From the NCBI RefSeq assembly GCF_018977255.1, contig NW_024704743.1:19780001-19844000 (forward strand): a stretch of DNA of 64,000 nt. The letters run 5' to 3'. A model generated the notes under the pieces. It did no database searches and had not been told where the DNA came from. It worked only from the letters and a program-made list of their open reading frames with translations. How positions within the stretch are numbered: the stretch's first letter is position 1; each line of letters opens with the position of its first letter. Below, in pieces: positions 12,075 to 25,372 of this stretch. Position numbers and translations under genes: made by a program. The DNA is from Callorhinchus milii. Taxonomy: Eukaryota.

Positions 12075-15000
12075 ACAACAACAACAACAACAAAACTACA
12101 TTTGTATAGGCCTTTCATGACGAAAGGATGTCCCAAGGCGCTGGACAGACAGAGTTTAAGACTCGAGCTTAGGTTCGGGATCAGGGAGGGTGGAGGGCAG
12201 GGGGGAAGCAGGTAGATCAAAAGCACGGTCGAAGAGGTCTTGAGATGGGTGTTGAAGAAGGCAAGGGAGGGGGCGAGGCAGATGGATTGCGGGGTGGCGT
12301 TCCAGAGGGCGGGGGCAAAGTGGCAGAGGGCCCTCCCGCCAATAGTGAGGCGAGCGAGGCAGGGTCTATGAAACAAGCCAGGGCCCACTGAGCGGAGCGG
12401 CGAGCAGAATGGAGGTCATAGAGGTATGGGGAGCAAGATCATAGAGGGCTTTGAAGGTGAGGACCAAGATCTTGAGCTGTATCCTCTGTGTGGTGGGAAG
12501 CCAGTGGAGTCGGGTGAGGATGGGGGTGATAGGGTCACAGAGCCTGGTGCAGGAGAGGACACGGGCTGCAGAGGTCTGGATGATCTGCAGCCTATGGAGG
12601 GAAGAGTTGAGGAGGCCGACAAGCAATGAATTTGCATAGTTACGCCTCGATATAATGAAAGCATGCTTGAGGGTTTTGGTGGCCTGCGGCGTGAGACAGT
12701 GGTGGAGCTGGGCGATGTTGCGGAGGTGGGGGAGGGCAGAGCGGGTCATGGCGCAGATTTGGGGTAGAAAGGATAGTTGAGGTTCATACAAGACTCCAAG
12801 GTTCTGGACTGGCTTAGCAAGGTGGAATATGCAACCATAGATTGTGATGCTGTCAGCGCCTGAGATGAGGAGGCGCTGTCGGGAGTCAATCAAGAGAGCC
12901 TCGGTCTTGTTGACGTTCAATTGAAGAAAATTAGCTCTCATCCAGAACTTGATGTCCGACAGACATTCTGTCAGAGTAGCAGTGGTCCTGGAGTCAAGGG
13001 TGGAGGCAGAGATCATCCGCGTACATCATCTGTGGATGATGTCACCAAGAGGGAGCATATAGATATTGAAGAGGAGGGGGCCAAGGACAGAGCCCCGAGG
13101 AATGCCACACAAGACGGTGCGGGAACTAGAGAAGAAACTATTTGTGGAGATGAAGTGGAGTCAGTGTAAGAAGTACGATCTGAACCAGTCAAGGACAGAG
13201 CCATGAAGGTTGAGGTGAGAGGAGAGGCAGTGGATAAGGATAGAGTGGCCAACGGTGTCGAAGGCAGCAGAGAGGTCATGGAGGACGAGGAGGCAGAGGG
13301 AGCCCTGGTCCCAGATGGACAGAATGTCATTTGTTACTTTAACTGGAGCTGTTTCTGTGGTGTTGGTGGCACGGAAACCTGATTGGAGGGGTTTGTGAAG
13401 GGAGTGGCAGGAGAGGAAGCAACAACTCATTCGAGGACCTTGGAGAGGAAAGGTTGGTTGGAGATGGGGCAGTAGTTAGAGAGTCGAGATGGGACCAGGG
13501 AAGGTTTTTTAAGGATAGGAGATGACGGCGTTTTTTAGTGGCATGATTACAGTATCAGTGGACAGGGAGATGTAGAGTGGCATAGAGGTGAAGCTAGGAG
13601 GTAAGGAGGGGTTAGGGATGAGGTCGAGGGAGCAGGTGGTCGATTTCATGCGGTTTATAATAGTAGTGAGAGAGGAGTGGGAGACAGGTTCGAAGGTGTT
13701 AAGGGAGGGATGGGTAGGGGCCGGGGTGGGAGGGGGAGATGGGGAGGGTGTAGCAGATGGAAAGCAGAAGCAGCTGAGCAGAACCCCTTGAATTTGGATT
13801 TGAGGAAGTCCACCATGCAGTTGGCATTTGAGGTGAGGCTGGGCGAGGCGTGAGAGGGTGGGCGGCGGAGCCACTTGGTAATGGAGAGGAGACTGGGGTT
13901 GTCCTTGGCCTCCAAGATTTTCTTGGAGTGGAACGATGATTTAGCAGAGGTGAGGGCAGAGCGGTAAGATTTGATAAGGTCCAGCCAGATCTGCTGATGG
14001 ACCCTTAAGTTTGATTTAAACTAGGTGCATTCAGCGGCATGCACCTGTGCTTTAAGGAGCAGAGGTGGCTGGTATACCATGGTGACTTACGTGAATAGGA
14101 GATAGTTTGGGAAGAGAGGGGAGCGAGGGAATCGAGAGTGGAGGAGAGGGAGCTGTGGAGAAGAGTGACCGAGAAGGTTAGGTCATTGCGGGAGGAAACC
14201 TAGAAGGGAAGGAGTTCAGATGACTCCAAGGTAGTCAAGAGGGAGGTGGGGGAGATTTGATTTCCAGGGGAGATGGAGGTGGGTTGGGTGGTGGTGGGTA
14301 AAAGGATTGAGGAGGTAAGGGAGATGAAGTGATGGTCGGATATCACTTTGTTGATGGTGGTGAGGTTCCAAGACAGTGGAGATTGAGGGAGGAGATAGGG
14401 GAGGAGAAGTCAGCAGAGGTAGAGCAGGAGGGGTGAAGTGAAGATTGAAGTCGCCTAGGATGATGAGGCGTTCAGAGCAGAGGAAAAGGGAAGATAGGAG
14501 GGTGGAGATGTCAGTGATGAAGGTGGGGGAGGGCTTGGGGGGGCAGTAGATAAGGAGAATTTTGTGGGAAAGTTTGGAGGGGTGATGAAGGATAAAGTGC
14601 TCAACGGAGGGGAAGTTTCCAGAGGAGTAAGGGGATAGGCCAAGCGGGGACTGGGACATGAGCCACACCGCCACCACGGCAGTTAGGTCGTGAGGTATGT
14701 TGGAAGGTGTAGCCGGGTGGTGTGGCCTCTATCGGGGGAAGGTGTCACCTGGAGTGATCCAGGTTTCAGTGAGGGCAAGAATGTTGATGTTTTCATCGAC
14801 AATGACTTCTTGGATGGTGAGTGTTTTGTTGGAGAGGGAGCGGACATTTTGCAGAGGGGACAGTTGGTGGCGGAATGTGGGAGCCGAGGGGGAGGACTGA
14901 GGGTGGGATGTGGATGAGGGAGCAGAGGTTGGCCCCTGTGGTCAGGGACAGATGAGCCTTACAGTGAGAATGGGGGATAGGGCATTTAGAGTGGCTGCTG

Positions 15001-15260
15001 TTGGACAGCCCGCGGCGTCTCCCGCAGATGGAGGGTTCGCAGGCTGGAGCAGAGGGAAGCTGTGGGACGGTCGAGCAGGGATAGGAGTCGGGGAGGGCGG
15101 CGGCAGAGGAGGACCATGCGGGAGTAATGGAGGGTAGAGGACAGGGGTGGAAGCCTTATGGGGGAAGCAGCTCAGATCGGTGGCGACAGTCAAAATGCGC
15201 ACGCCGAGACTAAGAGCGAACAGCTGGGGTGTGGGGGTCAGAGAGGCATGGTTAACCCTC
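12075..15260 (-). mobile_element. Long decayed L2 LINE (APE endonuclease + reverse transcriptase ORF2, frameshifted)
   Basis: Minus-strand motifs RGGGVA, IYCPP and LIILGDFN (EN); QSGFR, LLVLHDLSAAFDTV, MYADD (13014-13027) and LQLNVNKTEALLI (RT); LHWLP..RIQLKIL; (TTG)n tail at 12075-12095. Confidence 0.93.
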
Positions 15261-15419
15261 TGATGTGGAACATCATGGGGAGAGGGAACAATGTTATAGT
15301 CCCAGTGAGTCCTGGCTGAGAGATTCAAAGGTGAAACAAACAATATCAATACGTAAACCCTACACTCAAAATAGAATGGATTGCAAATAAATTAACTGCT
15401 TATTATTATAAGTCTCAAG

Positions 15420-15602
15420 ACCCTTCTCTTTGACTTCAGCTCCCTTCTCGACTCTCTACCCCCTCCTCGCTCCTTCCCTTCCCTCCCCTCACCCTGACCA
15501 TTTCCCCCCTGCTCGGCTCCTGACCCAACTGTACAGCGCCTTGGGACGTCCTCCTGACGTGAAAGGCGCTCTATAAATGGAATCTTGTTGTTGTTGTTGT
15601 TA
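15420..15602 (+). mobile_element. L2 LINE 3' end
   Basis: cagcgccttgggacgtcctcctgacgtgaaaggcgctctataaatggaatc(ttg)n. Confidence 0.85.
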
Positions 15603-15928
15603 TTCACTTCATGACAGGTTGAGGGACATTCCTGTGTGCAAATTGGCTGCCGCATTTTCCTACAATACAGTCACTACACCTCACAGGTCTTTGAGACCTC
15701 TCAATGACATGTTAAGGTGCTAAATCAACTGGAAGGATTATGATTATTATTATTTTCAGACAGACCACATATATCTACACATAGCTTTTCCTTTTGCCCA
15801 AAATGGAATGTATTATGTATTAGGCTCAGAGTGCGCATTGAGGTTTTAAAGCAGGAGTTTAACAAGCTAAAACCACATAGCTTGATATTGAGAGCCCTGT
15901 CCCTTGCAATAGTGCTTGACTAAAATTT

Positions 15929-16140
15929 TAGAATCATAGCCATTTACAGTGCAGAAGAAAGCCATATGGCCCATTGGGTCTGCACAGGCTCTCGGAGCAA
16001 GCTGTCATTCATCCCCACTGCCCTGCCCTATGCCCATACCCCTCTAAGCCTTTATCTTCTATATACTTGTCTAGTTTTCTCTTGAAACCCACAATAGACT
16101 CTGCTTCTGCCACTTTACTTGAAAGGGCATTCCACATACT
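15929..16140 (-). mobile_element. CR1-clade LINE 3' end
   Basis: agaatcatag..atttacagtgcagaagaaagccatatggcccat is the reverse complement of a CR1 3' terminus. Confidence 0.75.
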
Positions 16141-16503
16141 TTTGTTGCTTTGGCAGCATGCTGGGGACAGGTTTCACTGTTCTGAGGCTGAGGTCTCAAA
16201 AGTCAGGACAGTGTGCAGAGATTTCCCTGTAGAATACACAGTCCATGTCACACGATGACAACAAACCTCGTCTCTTTCCCGTTGAGTATTTTGGCAACCC
16301 ATTACTGATGGTCTCTCCTCATGGGTCGTTAGGATTTTAATTATGGCAATAAAATTGTATTTCTCATGACTGGCCGTCCAGGAATATCTGTCAATGAATA
16401 GTTTTATTTTTTTGGCCCATTTTTAACAAACGGGAATTTCAGTCCCCATATTTCTTCTTCCTTGAGCTCTTTCTTTTATTTCAGCTAAATAATATAATAA
16501 TAA

Positions 16504-16931
16504 AATAATAATCATCCTTGCATTTGGTATAGCACCTTTCGAATCAGGAAGACGTCCAAGCGCTTCACAGGATTTTCTGTAAAGGTAGTGACTGTATATT
16601 TTGCAGGCGAATGTGGCAGCCCAATTTTGCACTCAATGTCCCACAAATAGCCAATGGAATGAGTGACCAATTTTATTTGGGGCGTGTTTGACCAGGACAC
16701 TGGAAACCACCTTCTCTTTTCGAATAGTGCCTTGTGATCTTTAACCTGAACAGGCAGAAGGGACTTCGACTCAATGGCTCATTCAAACAACGGCACCTCT
16801 GACAGTACAGCACACAGCATTGTATTGGAGTGCCAGCCTGGGAGTCATGAGTTCAAAGACCCGACGTGGGACTTGAACCCTCAAACGTCTGATTCAGAGG
16901 CAAGAGTGCTACCAACTGATCCAGGCTGACA
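16504..16931 (-). mobile_element. Deu-type SINE family B, near full length
   Basis: Complete head (tgtcagcctggatcagttggtagcactcttgcctctgaatc), Deu-like core and L2-like tail. Confidence 0.88.
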
Positions 16932-17062
16932 TCCATTTTCCTTAATCTGTTGATATACTTTTAACCCATTAATTTGTAGATCAACCCTGTGTACCCATCA
17001 GCAACCACCAGAATCCCAGCAAGTAAACTCACCAGTGGCACTGATGAGGTTAAAGATTTTAA

Positions 17063-17427
17063 GGTATCCTGTGTCGGAGTGATTAGAGCACTCGCCTTGC
17101 AAGCGAGAGACCTGGGTTTGATTCCCGGCAGGGTGAAATGTTGGGCAAGTTTCCTTACTCTACACGCCTCTGTTTACCTAGCAGAAAGTAGGAACCCGGT
17201 TGTTAATTGATCGGCGGATCGCTTTTCCAGGGGTAATAATTCTTTCAAAAAAAAATTATAAATTGGTCATTTTAATCCAAGACCGTTGCTCTGCACAATT
17301 GGCTGCCGCATTTCTCCCGCAAAATATAGTCAATTCATCTTACAGTATATTCTGTGAAGTGCGTTGAGATGCCTCGAAGACATGATAAAGCGCTAAATCA
17401 AATGCAAGGATTATGATTATTATTATT
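17063..17427 (+). mobile_element. SINE family A, full length
   Basis: Head ...ttagagcactcgccttgcaagcgagagacctgggtttgattcccggcagggtg; CORE-like ttgggcaagtttccttactc; tail aaatgcaaggattatgattattatt. Confidence 0.9.
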
Positions 17428-18377
17428 GTAGCCCCTGAAAAATCCAACATTTATTGAGCAAGCATCTCCACTGAGGTTTCTGAGCCACATGTGTTGTGGA
17501 GAACATTGCATGTTTTCACCATCAAGGGATTGCTATTGCAAGTTTGGGTTTGTAAACGCAACAGAATAGTTTGGTTCGTTTTTTCAATGTGCCAAAGATT
17601 TAATGCTGGACTGTTACACAGTATAAGCTAGCAATGCATTGCAAGCAGGAGAAACAACAAATTATCTCCAGTCTCCTCCCCCATAGTTGAAATAATGCCA
17701 TTTCATAACCTGGAGTTTAACACCACCTGGCAGGACATGAGTCAGAACCCTTTTTAGAGGATTTTGTTCCTAAGTTAATTTACTCTTGAAGCACAGGGTA
17801 GAATTTTGTTCAAGTGAAGGAGGCATGAACGATGTCTGACTACAAGGTTCACACCAGGAGCAATGCTTGTCGGCTAGAGTGACTAATGGATGTTATGTGA
17901 GATTGGGAAATATTGGATTCAATCAGGCGGGTAAAACAGGGTCAGTTTTCATCCACATATTTGGCAGCTTGTGAATATTAAAGATTGCTGTGGACTGACT
18001 TGGCCCTTGGGCCATGAAGACTGATACTCTGGATTGCAAGAACAGCTGTTTCCATCAACAGCATGCAGTTTAGCTCATGCAAATATCATTACAAGAAAAT
18101 GGACCTTTGTGTAGGCAGTAAATGGTTTCCTTCAGAATTTGAAATGTAGCCAGTTCAACCAAACCAAACCGATATGTTAAGGTTTTCTCTGATATGCAAA
18201 TAAACATTTGTCAAGTACTGTACTATTTACTCCTTAATCTGGCTTCTTTAGTTTACAAAACTGTGGCACAATATTTGAAAGTGGTTTCATTACAAATAAC
18301 CCTTTAAGCATCCACCCATGTGTTGGATTATTCATATCAACCGGTGGCCAATTAGTCTCATTCGTGTGCAGTTTCAT

Positions 18378-18685
18378 TGTGTTCCGGTAGGGCAAAATGC
18401 TGGGCAAGTTTCCTTACTCCATACGCCTTTATTTACCTAGCAGTAAGTAGGAACCCGGTTGTTAATCGATTGGTGGATTGCTTTTCCGGGGATAATAATC
18501 CTTCAAAAAAAATAATAATTTGGGCACTCAATCCACGACCTTTTGTGGGACACTGCTGTGCCCAATTGGCTGCCGCGTTTCACCTACAAATATACAGTCA
18601 ATTCACTTTACAGTATATTCTGTGAAGCACTTTGAGACGACTAGAAGACATGAAAAGCGCTATATTAAATGCAAGGATTATTATT
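18378..18685 (+). mobile_element. SINE family A, 5'-truncated
   Basis: Same CORE-like body and tail as the 17063 copy. Confidence 0.85.
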
Positions 18686-19255
18686 TATATATATATGTTC
18701 CAGGAAGATTCTTTTGACTTTGTAACTGAGAGCCAACATCAATACAACAGTGAATAGCAGATACTCCCTCTATGGTTCAGGGAAAATGGGTTGAATGAAA
18801 GGACACAAGGACAAGGAGTTGAATTTAGATTCAACGTGTGCAAAAAATATTTACAAAAGAAACAATACAAATTAAGGGATTGTCAATACGTTTACTAATC
18901 TTCAGCTTCCAAAGATTGTGATCATTATTAGGTATCTAATAATCATAACCCTGTTTGGAAAATATGCTACTATCGTATGCAGATTCTCCAGGCTTGTACT
19001 GCGTAACAGTTTAGCATTAAACATTTGGCACATTGAAAAGGGGAATAAAACTATTCTGTTGTGTTTACAGACATAGACTTACAATAACAATCCCTTGGTG
19101 GTGAATATTAGAAAAATGTCATTGTCTATATTACTTTAGCAGAGCTTTTTTCAATGAATAGAATCAATGCTGAAACTGGCATCAATTCTGTACTTAAACA
19201 CAAACTGTTCCATCAAATCCTGCAATTTAACTGGAATGCTTAAGCATATATAATA

Positions 19256-19790
19256 CTAGCTGTACCCATTGCAGGACCGGTTCCAACCAAAGAATCCAAT
19301 ATGGAATGTAGATTGACACACAGACAGACTTTATCTATACTCATCTGGGAGGACTCAGTGGGAGGACACGGCGCTTTAAATATATAATTTTCTTGTTGTT
19401 GCCATGGCTTAGCTTCGTCTGTGTTCTTTATTTTGTTCCCACCGTTTGACTACATGCATGCTCTGTGATGCAGGATGCCACAGCACTACAGTCAGCCGGC
19501 GTGGCTACCAGGGGTAACTGGCGTGTGTGCGTACATACATAGGTGCTCTGTGATACATGATGCCACAGCCCCACTTTAACTCGACGGCCGCCAGGAGCAA
19601 CTGCAGCGAAAAATGCAAAACTGAAAATAACTCATGAACAATAGGAGATACCGGAAAAGAAATATGCCCATGTCACTGCCAGTGGCAGGACTTTTCCGAT
19701 GAGGTATCTACGTCAATCGTTTTTTGAGATTCTTCTTGAAGCGCAGTCAGACATCAGCATTCTATTAATATATAGAAAGATAGAAGAAGA
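19256..19790 (-). mobile_element. Non-autonomous Helitron-like element
   Basis: Minus strand reads A|TC...tctatatattaatag at the 5' end and ends ccggtcctgcaatgggtacagCTAG|T with a degenerate subterminal hairpin. No TSD. Internal ~34-bp direct repeat. Confidence 0.6.
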
Positions 19791-19834
19791 TTAAGCTAAC
19801 CCTTGCAGTTAATACAGTACTTATAACATGTATT

Positions 19835-20578
19835 TGTGGGCAGACACAGCAGATAATTTTCAAATAGCAAGGTTCCAAAAACAGCCACCATTTGTGAATG
19901 ACAAAAACTACCTTCTCTTTTTGAATTGTGTCATGAGATTTTTATCATCCATCTAACCGGCAATGTGTAGGACTTCGTCTCAACATCTCATTCAAAAGAT
20001 GGCACTTGCGACAACGTGGCGCACCCCTAGCACAACACTGCAATGTCAATCTAGCCAGTGCCCTCCAAGTCATCACAACAACATCAAATTACATTTGATA
20101 GCGCCTTTCACGTCAGGAGGACGTCCCAAAGAGCTGGACAGTCGGGGATCAGTACCCGAGCTGGTGGTTGGGATCAGGAGGGGTGGAGGGCAGGGAGGGT
20201 AGGGGTAGGAGGGTGATTGAAAGCACAGTCAAAGAGGAGCATCTTGAGACGGCTCTTGAAGGGGGCAAGGGAGGGACAAAGTGGAGGGACTCTGTGATCA
20301 AGTTCCACAGCGTAGGGGCAGAGAGGCTGAAGGCAAGACGAGAGATGTGAAGCAGGCCGGAGCCCACTGAGTGGAGGGAACGGGTAGTTGGTAGGGGGTT
20401 AGGACGTCACAGAGATGGGAGGAGCAAGGCCGTGGAGAGCTTTGAAGGTGAGAACCAGGATCTTGTCTCCTCTGAGTGATGGGGAGTCAGTGGAGCTGCG
20501 TGAGGATGGGGGAGGTAGGGGTTTAAACCCACGACCTTCCGACTCAAAAGCGAGAGTGCTACCGATTGAGCCAGACCA
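19835..20578 (-). mobile_element. SINE family B split by an L2 3' fragment (20074-20520)
   Basis: SINE head at 20520-20578, body at 19835-20060; the intervening L2 has RLAFSLSAPTLWN and an L2 tail. Confidence 0.75.
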
Positions 20579-23500
20579 ACATTTGATAGTCCACCAGCAG
20601 AATCCAATTAATTTAGTTCTGATATATCAAACTTGCCATTTCTTTACATTTGATACTCTGCAGTCATAATGGAAGATTCAACCCCCTAAAAAAAATCCTT
20701 GTCAGCATTGATTGTCAGGCTCGGCATTTAATACGTCATAAGGATGCTCAGATGCTCAATGAGTTCACCTAATTATATATATTTTTCAAATTCAGTACCT
20801 TCATATTGATGGATGTTCTGGCACAATAGAAACACGCGGAGCAGCTGAAGGTAATTTGTTTTCACTTACAAAATATAGAAGAGCATAGGAAATCTATCAG
20901 TTGGAAATTAAAGGAGGCTAAAATAAGAAGTAATTTGGCCTTCTTTCTTGTTCGACAATAAGTGGCCATTGATGTTGACAAATGAAGGTGGAGGATTGTT
21001 TTCAATGCACATTCCTAGTGAATAATAGGCTGCAGAGATTCCATTCTATTTCAGTGGGGTGAACACAACATTAAACTAGATAGGACATAGAGGGACCAGC
21101 CTAAGTGATATGATGGCAGTTATTTACTGTTTAAAAACCCAGCTTCTTGGACAGTAAAGTCTAATATTGACTGATGAAAGCAATTTACCCATCGGAATGT
21201 TAACTGCATGCTTATTGCAGTTTAATTGGAATTTCTACAGCTTTTTTATAATGATTTTGAAAGCAGGACAAGACAGGTTTGTTCTTTGATGGACAGCCAT
21301 TAATAAACAAATAGTTTTACTCTCTTCAATGTCAGCGATTCGTCCAAGTCAGGCTCATAGACTGGTTGTTAGAACCTTGTGTGTGTTTATTGATATCTTG
21401 AAAGTCATTATCAAATAGGAATCTGTTTATGCTAAGCACCATATAATCCTGCCATTTTCTCATAAAAATGCCTGCATCCTGTCTCATGCCATGCTGCCAA
21501 TCTTCCTTGTTTTATGCATTGTGATGTTAAACTTAGATCCCATCTGGAACGTCCTCCCAACATGAAAATTGCTTTATAAATGTGAATTTGTTGTTGTTGT
21601 TGTTGTGTGCCTGGGCTCTAACTACACTCTTGTTAAGTGCTCTGAGATCCTAACCCACATGAATGGCACTATATAAATGCACATTGTTGTTATAGAAGAC
21701 AGTAATTCATTGGAAAACAAAAGCAGCTTCTGTAACCTGTTACTTGGTTACATAGATATTGGAGAACTGAATGTGAACAGCTGCAGATTTTAATTTCAAG
21801 GACACCTACAAAAGTAGGTGCCGTAAAACTGTGGTCAATTGTACACAAGACTATTTGGATATTTAATAATAATAATCCATTCATGTCATCAAAACATCTC
21901 AAAGTGTTCCATGAGATTTTACTGTGAAGTGTAGTGATTGTGTATTTGTGGGTTATTAAAGGTTGTAGGTATTCTGCAATTCTGTATACATTAGTAATAC
22001 ACATCATGCTTTTCCTAAAATATCTACTGCTTATTGGAGAGATAGTTTTGAATGAGTAACTGCTCGGACTGAATATCTTGATTTACTAGTGAGGGTAAGT
22101 TAAGACACTGATAAAAATAAAACATGACCTTAAACTTACATAAGACTCTTTCTAAAGAATCTGTACCATGGATAATTATCTTGAATCCCCTTAATGTTCA
22201 TTGTAAGTGAAGCAATTAAGTCTGTTATGTTCCAATTGTTAAAAACAGCAATCTTTGCATTAGCTGCTTTATGTCTAAAGTAATAGTATAACCCCACAAA
22301 ACTGCTTAATCTCTAATGGATGGAACTGACTCTGAATGAGTGATAGACAGTGAATCAAGAAGACAAAACTTCTCTTTTTACAGTGTCTTAAAAGAGTGAA
22401 ACATCTGAAAGTGCATTACAGTAAGTCCTGTCAACTGTAATGGCTGCTTTTGTTAAACAAACTCTGTAGCTATTTTTGCACACAGCAAGATTGCACAGTC
22501 ATCAGGTAATACCACCGAACCAAAAAATGTACAGCACAGAAGAAGGTAATTCAGCCCATCGTGTCTGTGCCGGTTTCCTCAAGGCAATCCTTTCAGTCTT
22601 ATTTACCTGCCTTTTCCCAACCTCTGTAGCTGACTCTTTTTAACAGAACCAAAGAAATAAAAGTATATAGAAATAAAAAGGTGAATGATCAACTAAACTG
22701 GAGGATTGTTGCCAAGAGGATCTCCCTTCTCTTTTAGGACGGTGCCATGAGATCTTTAACAATACAATACAAAATTACACTTGTATATCATGTTGTGTAT
22801 TCCATGTTGGGAGGACGTCCCAAGGTCTGCACCCATCTGAAAAACAGGATCTTGATTTAACATCTCACTTGAAGGTCGGCACCTACAACAATGAAGCACT
22901 CCCCCAATACTGAACTCAAGTCAGTGTAAGCTATGAATAATAATAATCTTTGTATTTGATCTAATGTCTTATCACATCATCAAGATGTCTCAAAGAGCTT
23001 CACAGAAATTAATGTAAAATGTAGTGACTGTTTACTTGTAATGCAGTTAAAATGTGTAATCGGGTGTAAGTGATTATAGTCAGATAAGAATATAAGCATG
23101 GAGTTCCAGGGTTTACATGAAGATATTACTATAACAATATATTCCTTGCTCGTGTAATGTAGAAAATTGAATTCCCAAACTCATGACATTGTGACGGTAA
23201 AGAAATTCTGAACAAAGCCATCTGTCACTGTTTATGCAAAAGAACAACTCAACTTCATTTTTGTTGCACAACATACTTAACCATTCTACTGCTGTTCAGT
23301 CGATCTTCCATTCCTCAATCACACTGTGGACAAGAAGATAAGAGGTTTTGACTAACTCTCGAGTAGACACTGTCCTTTAGACATGGAGATAGTTTCTCAG
23401 TGCAAGTATAGTGTATGCCCTGAGATCATCAATGGTCTCATTGTTTCACAGGAATTATTGTAAAAGGTGTATTTGTAATGCAGATAAAATAAACGCAATC

Positions 23501-24198
23501 ATTTTGTAACTGATTATAATCATTAAGAATATAACTGTCGGTTTTGGCTGTGAAAAGCATATGCCTCTCCTATGGTCAACCATCCTGCCAAAACTCAACT
23601 CTCAATATTCATTCATGAGGCAGTTGGACATCATCCAGCAACAGCTATGGTGCAAGATATACTCCAGCATAAATCAACATCTCAAGAAAGGGCCAAGAAA
23701 ATGGGGGCAAAGCTTCATCAACGAAAGTATGATTTTCGAGTTGACTTCAGCTGAAGATAATTTAAAAGAGTTTTATATCAGGAAAGAATTCAATATAGGT
23801 TTAGGATATATTTAAAATAAAATGTTATGAAATCTCTATCAAGTGATCAATGAACTTGTGCTTTTGCTCTCCAATACGACAACTTGCATTTATATAGTAA
23901 CCTTCACATGGGTAGTGTGTCGGAGCTCTTAAAACACCCCTTTTCAATTCCCATTCATAGTCGAATAATGTGAATATGTGATCAACACTTTAAATTGTCA
24001 ATGTTAGGTTGAAGTAGTTGCTGCATTTGAATTCATAACAATATTCACTTCATTTCCAATTAATCTCATTCTACAAAATATTCCAAGACATTTCTTGTAC
24101 TTTAAAGAGCACGTATAAACGTTACATAGAAGTTGTTTTCTTGTTCCGATAATTATGTCTAACACACAGTTTAAATTTAGAAATTGTAATGTATGAGA

Positions 24199-24561
24199 GG
24201 AGTCTTGTAATTTAGTGGTTAAAGCACTCGCCTCACAAGCGAGAGGACCCGAGTTCGATTTCAGAAAGGGTGAAATGTTGGGCAAGTTTCCTTATTCCAC
24301 ATGCCTCTGTTCACCTAGCAGTAAGTAGAAACCCATTTGCTAGCTGATTGGCAAATCGCTTTTCCGAGGGTAATAATCCCTTAACAAAAATAATTTGGTC
24401 ACTTAATCCACGACTGTTTGTACAACACTGCTGTGTGCAATTGGCTGCCTTGTGTTGCCACAAAATATACAGTCGATTCACTTTACAGTATATTCTGTGA
24501 AGCTGAAACTTCTCAAAGACGTGATAAGGAGTTGTATGAAATGCAAGAATTATTATTATTA
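24199..24561 (+). mobile_element. SINE family A, full length
   Basis: ggagtcttgtaatttagtggttaaagcactcgcctcacaagcgagagg...gagttcgattt; CORE-like segment; (TTA)n tail. Confidence 0.9.
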
Positions 24562-25049
24562 TCTACAAAGTAATAGGAATTATCTGAATTGCTGGATATG
24601 TCAACACTGACCTCAATGCTATTGTCTGTGAAGCCAGGTCATGCTTTCACAGGGGCATAACAATAATAATAATCCTTACATTTGGTGTTGAGAGTTTCAC
24701 ATCAGAAAGACATCTCAAAGCAAGATATAGTGTAAAGTGTCGTGACTATATTTGTAGTGAATGTGGCAGCCCATTTGCGCACAGCAATGTCCCACAAACA
24801 GCAATGAAGTGAATAACCAATGTTATCTGTGGAATGTTGGCCAGGAAACCATGAGAAATTCCCTTCTCTAAGAATAGAGAAAAAATCTCAGAATTCTCTA
24901 GATTAACCTCAGAATAAAACCAGAAGGAGGCAATCAAGCTTGTTCCACCACTTTATTAGATCTTGACATATCTTTTGATTCCATTATCCCACCCTTTAAC
25001 ATACTCCTTAACATTGCCAATACCCAAGTAGCTGCTATCTCTCATTTCC

Positions 25050-25372
25050 ATGTGCAACCAGTTCCACCTAGCCAAGCTCTTCGCTGAGCCGGTATCAGCC
25101 TGCTTCACATCTCCTGTCCTACCACCCCACCCTCAGCGGCTGAGCTTTCAGTCTATCTGCCACCACTTGCAGGAACTCCATTCCATAATCCCTTTGACTC
25201 GCCTTCCCCCTCACCTATTTCAAAGTCCATCTTAAGACCTTCCTCTTCAATCGTGCCTACGGTTACCTTTACCCTCCCCAACCCTCTCAGCTCCCACCCT
25301 GAGATCATTTGGCAAGCCAGGATTTTCAAACGTCTTGGGATGACCTCCTATATGTAAATGTAAATGTAATTT
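25050..25372 (+). mobile_element. L2 LINE 3' fragment, diverged
   Basis: ttcaaagtccatcttaagaccttcctcttcaatcgtgcctac (FK..LKTFLFNRAY). Confidence 0.7.

Noticed and set aside
11999..15349. Cluster of long ORFs (up to 216 aa) as host genes
   Set aside because: All are frameshifted pieces or antisense frames of one decayed L2 ORF2
20074..20578. Novel chimeric element made of a SINE head fused to an L2 3' end
   Set aside because: The rest of the SINE body lies at 19835-20060, so this is an L2 inserted into SINE B
20796..20850. 55-nt plus-strand mini-exon (YLHIDGCSGTIETRGAAE)
   Set aside because: Plausible splice sites, but no partner exons and no recognisable homology
20870..20917. 48-nt minus-strand mini-exon (ttattttag| ... 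|gtaagt)
   Set aside because: Splice signals look good, but in the phase required by the flanking candidate exons it has an immediate TAA; no other support
23561..23815. 84-aa plus-strand ORF in unique DNA
   Set aside because: No homology recognised and no convincing splice sites; length is compatible with chance
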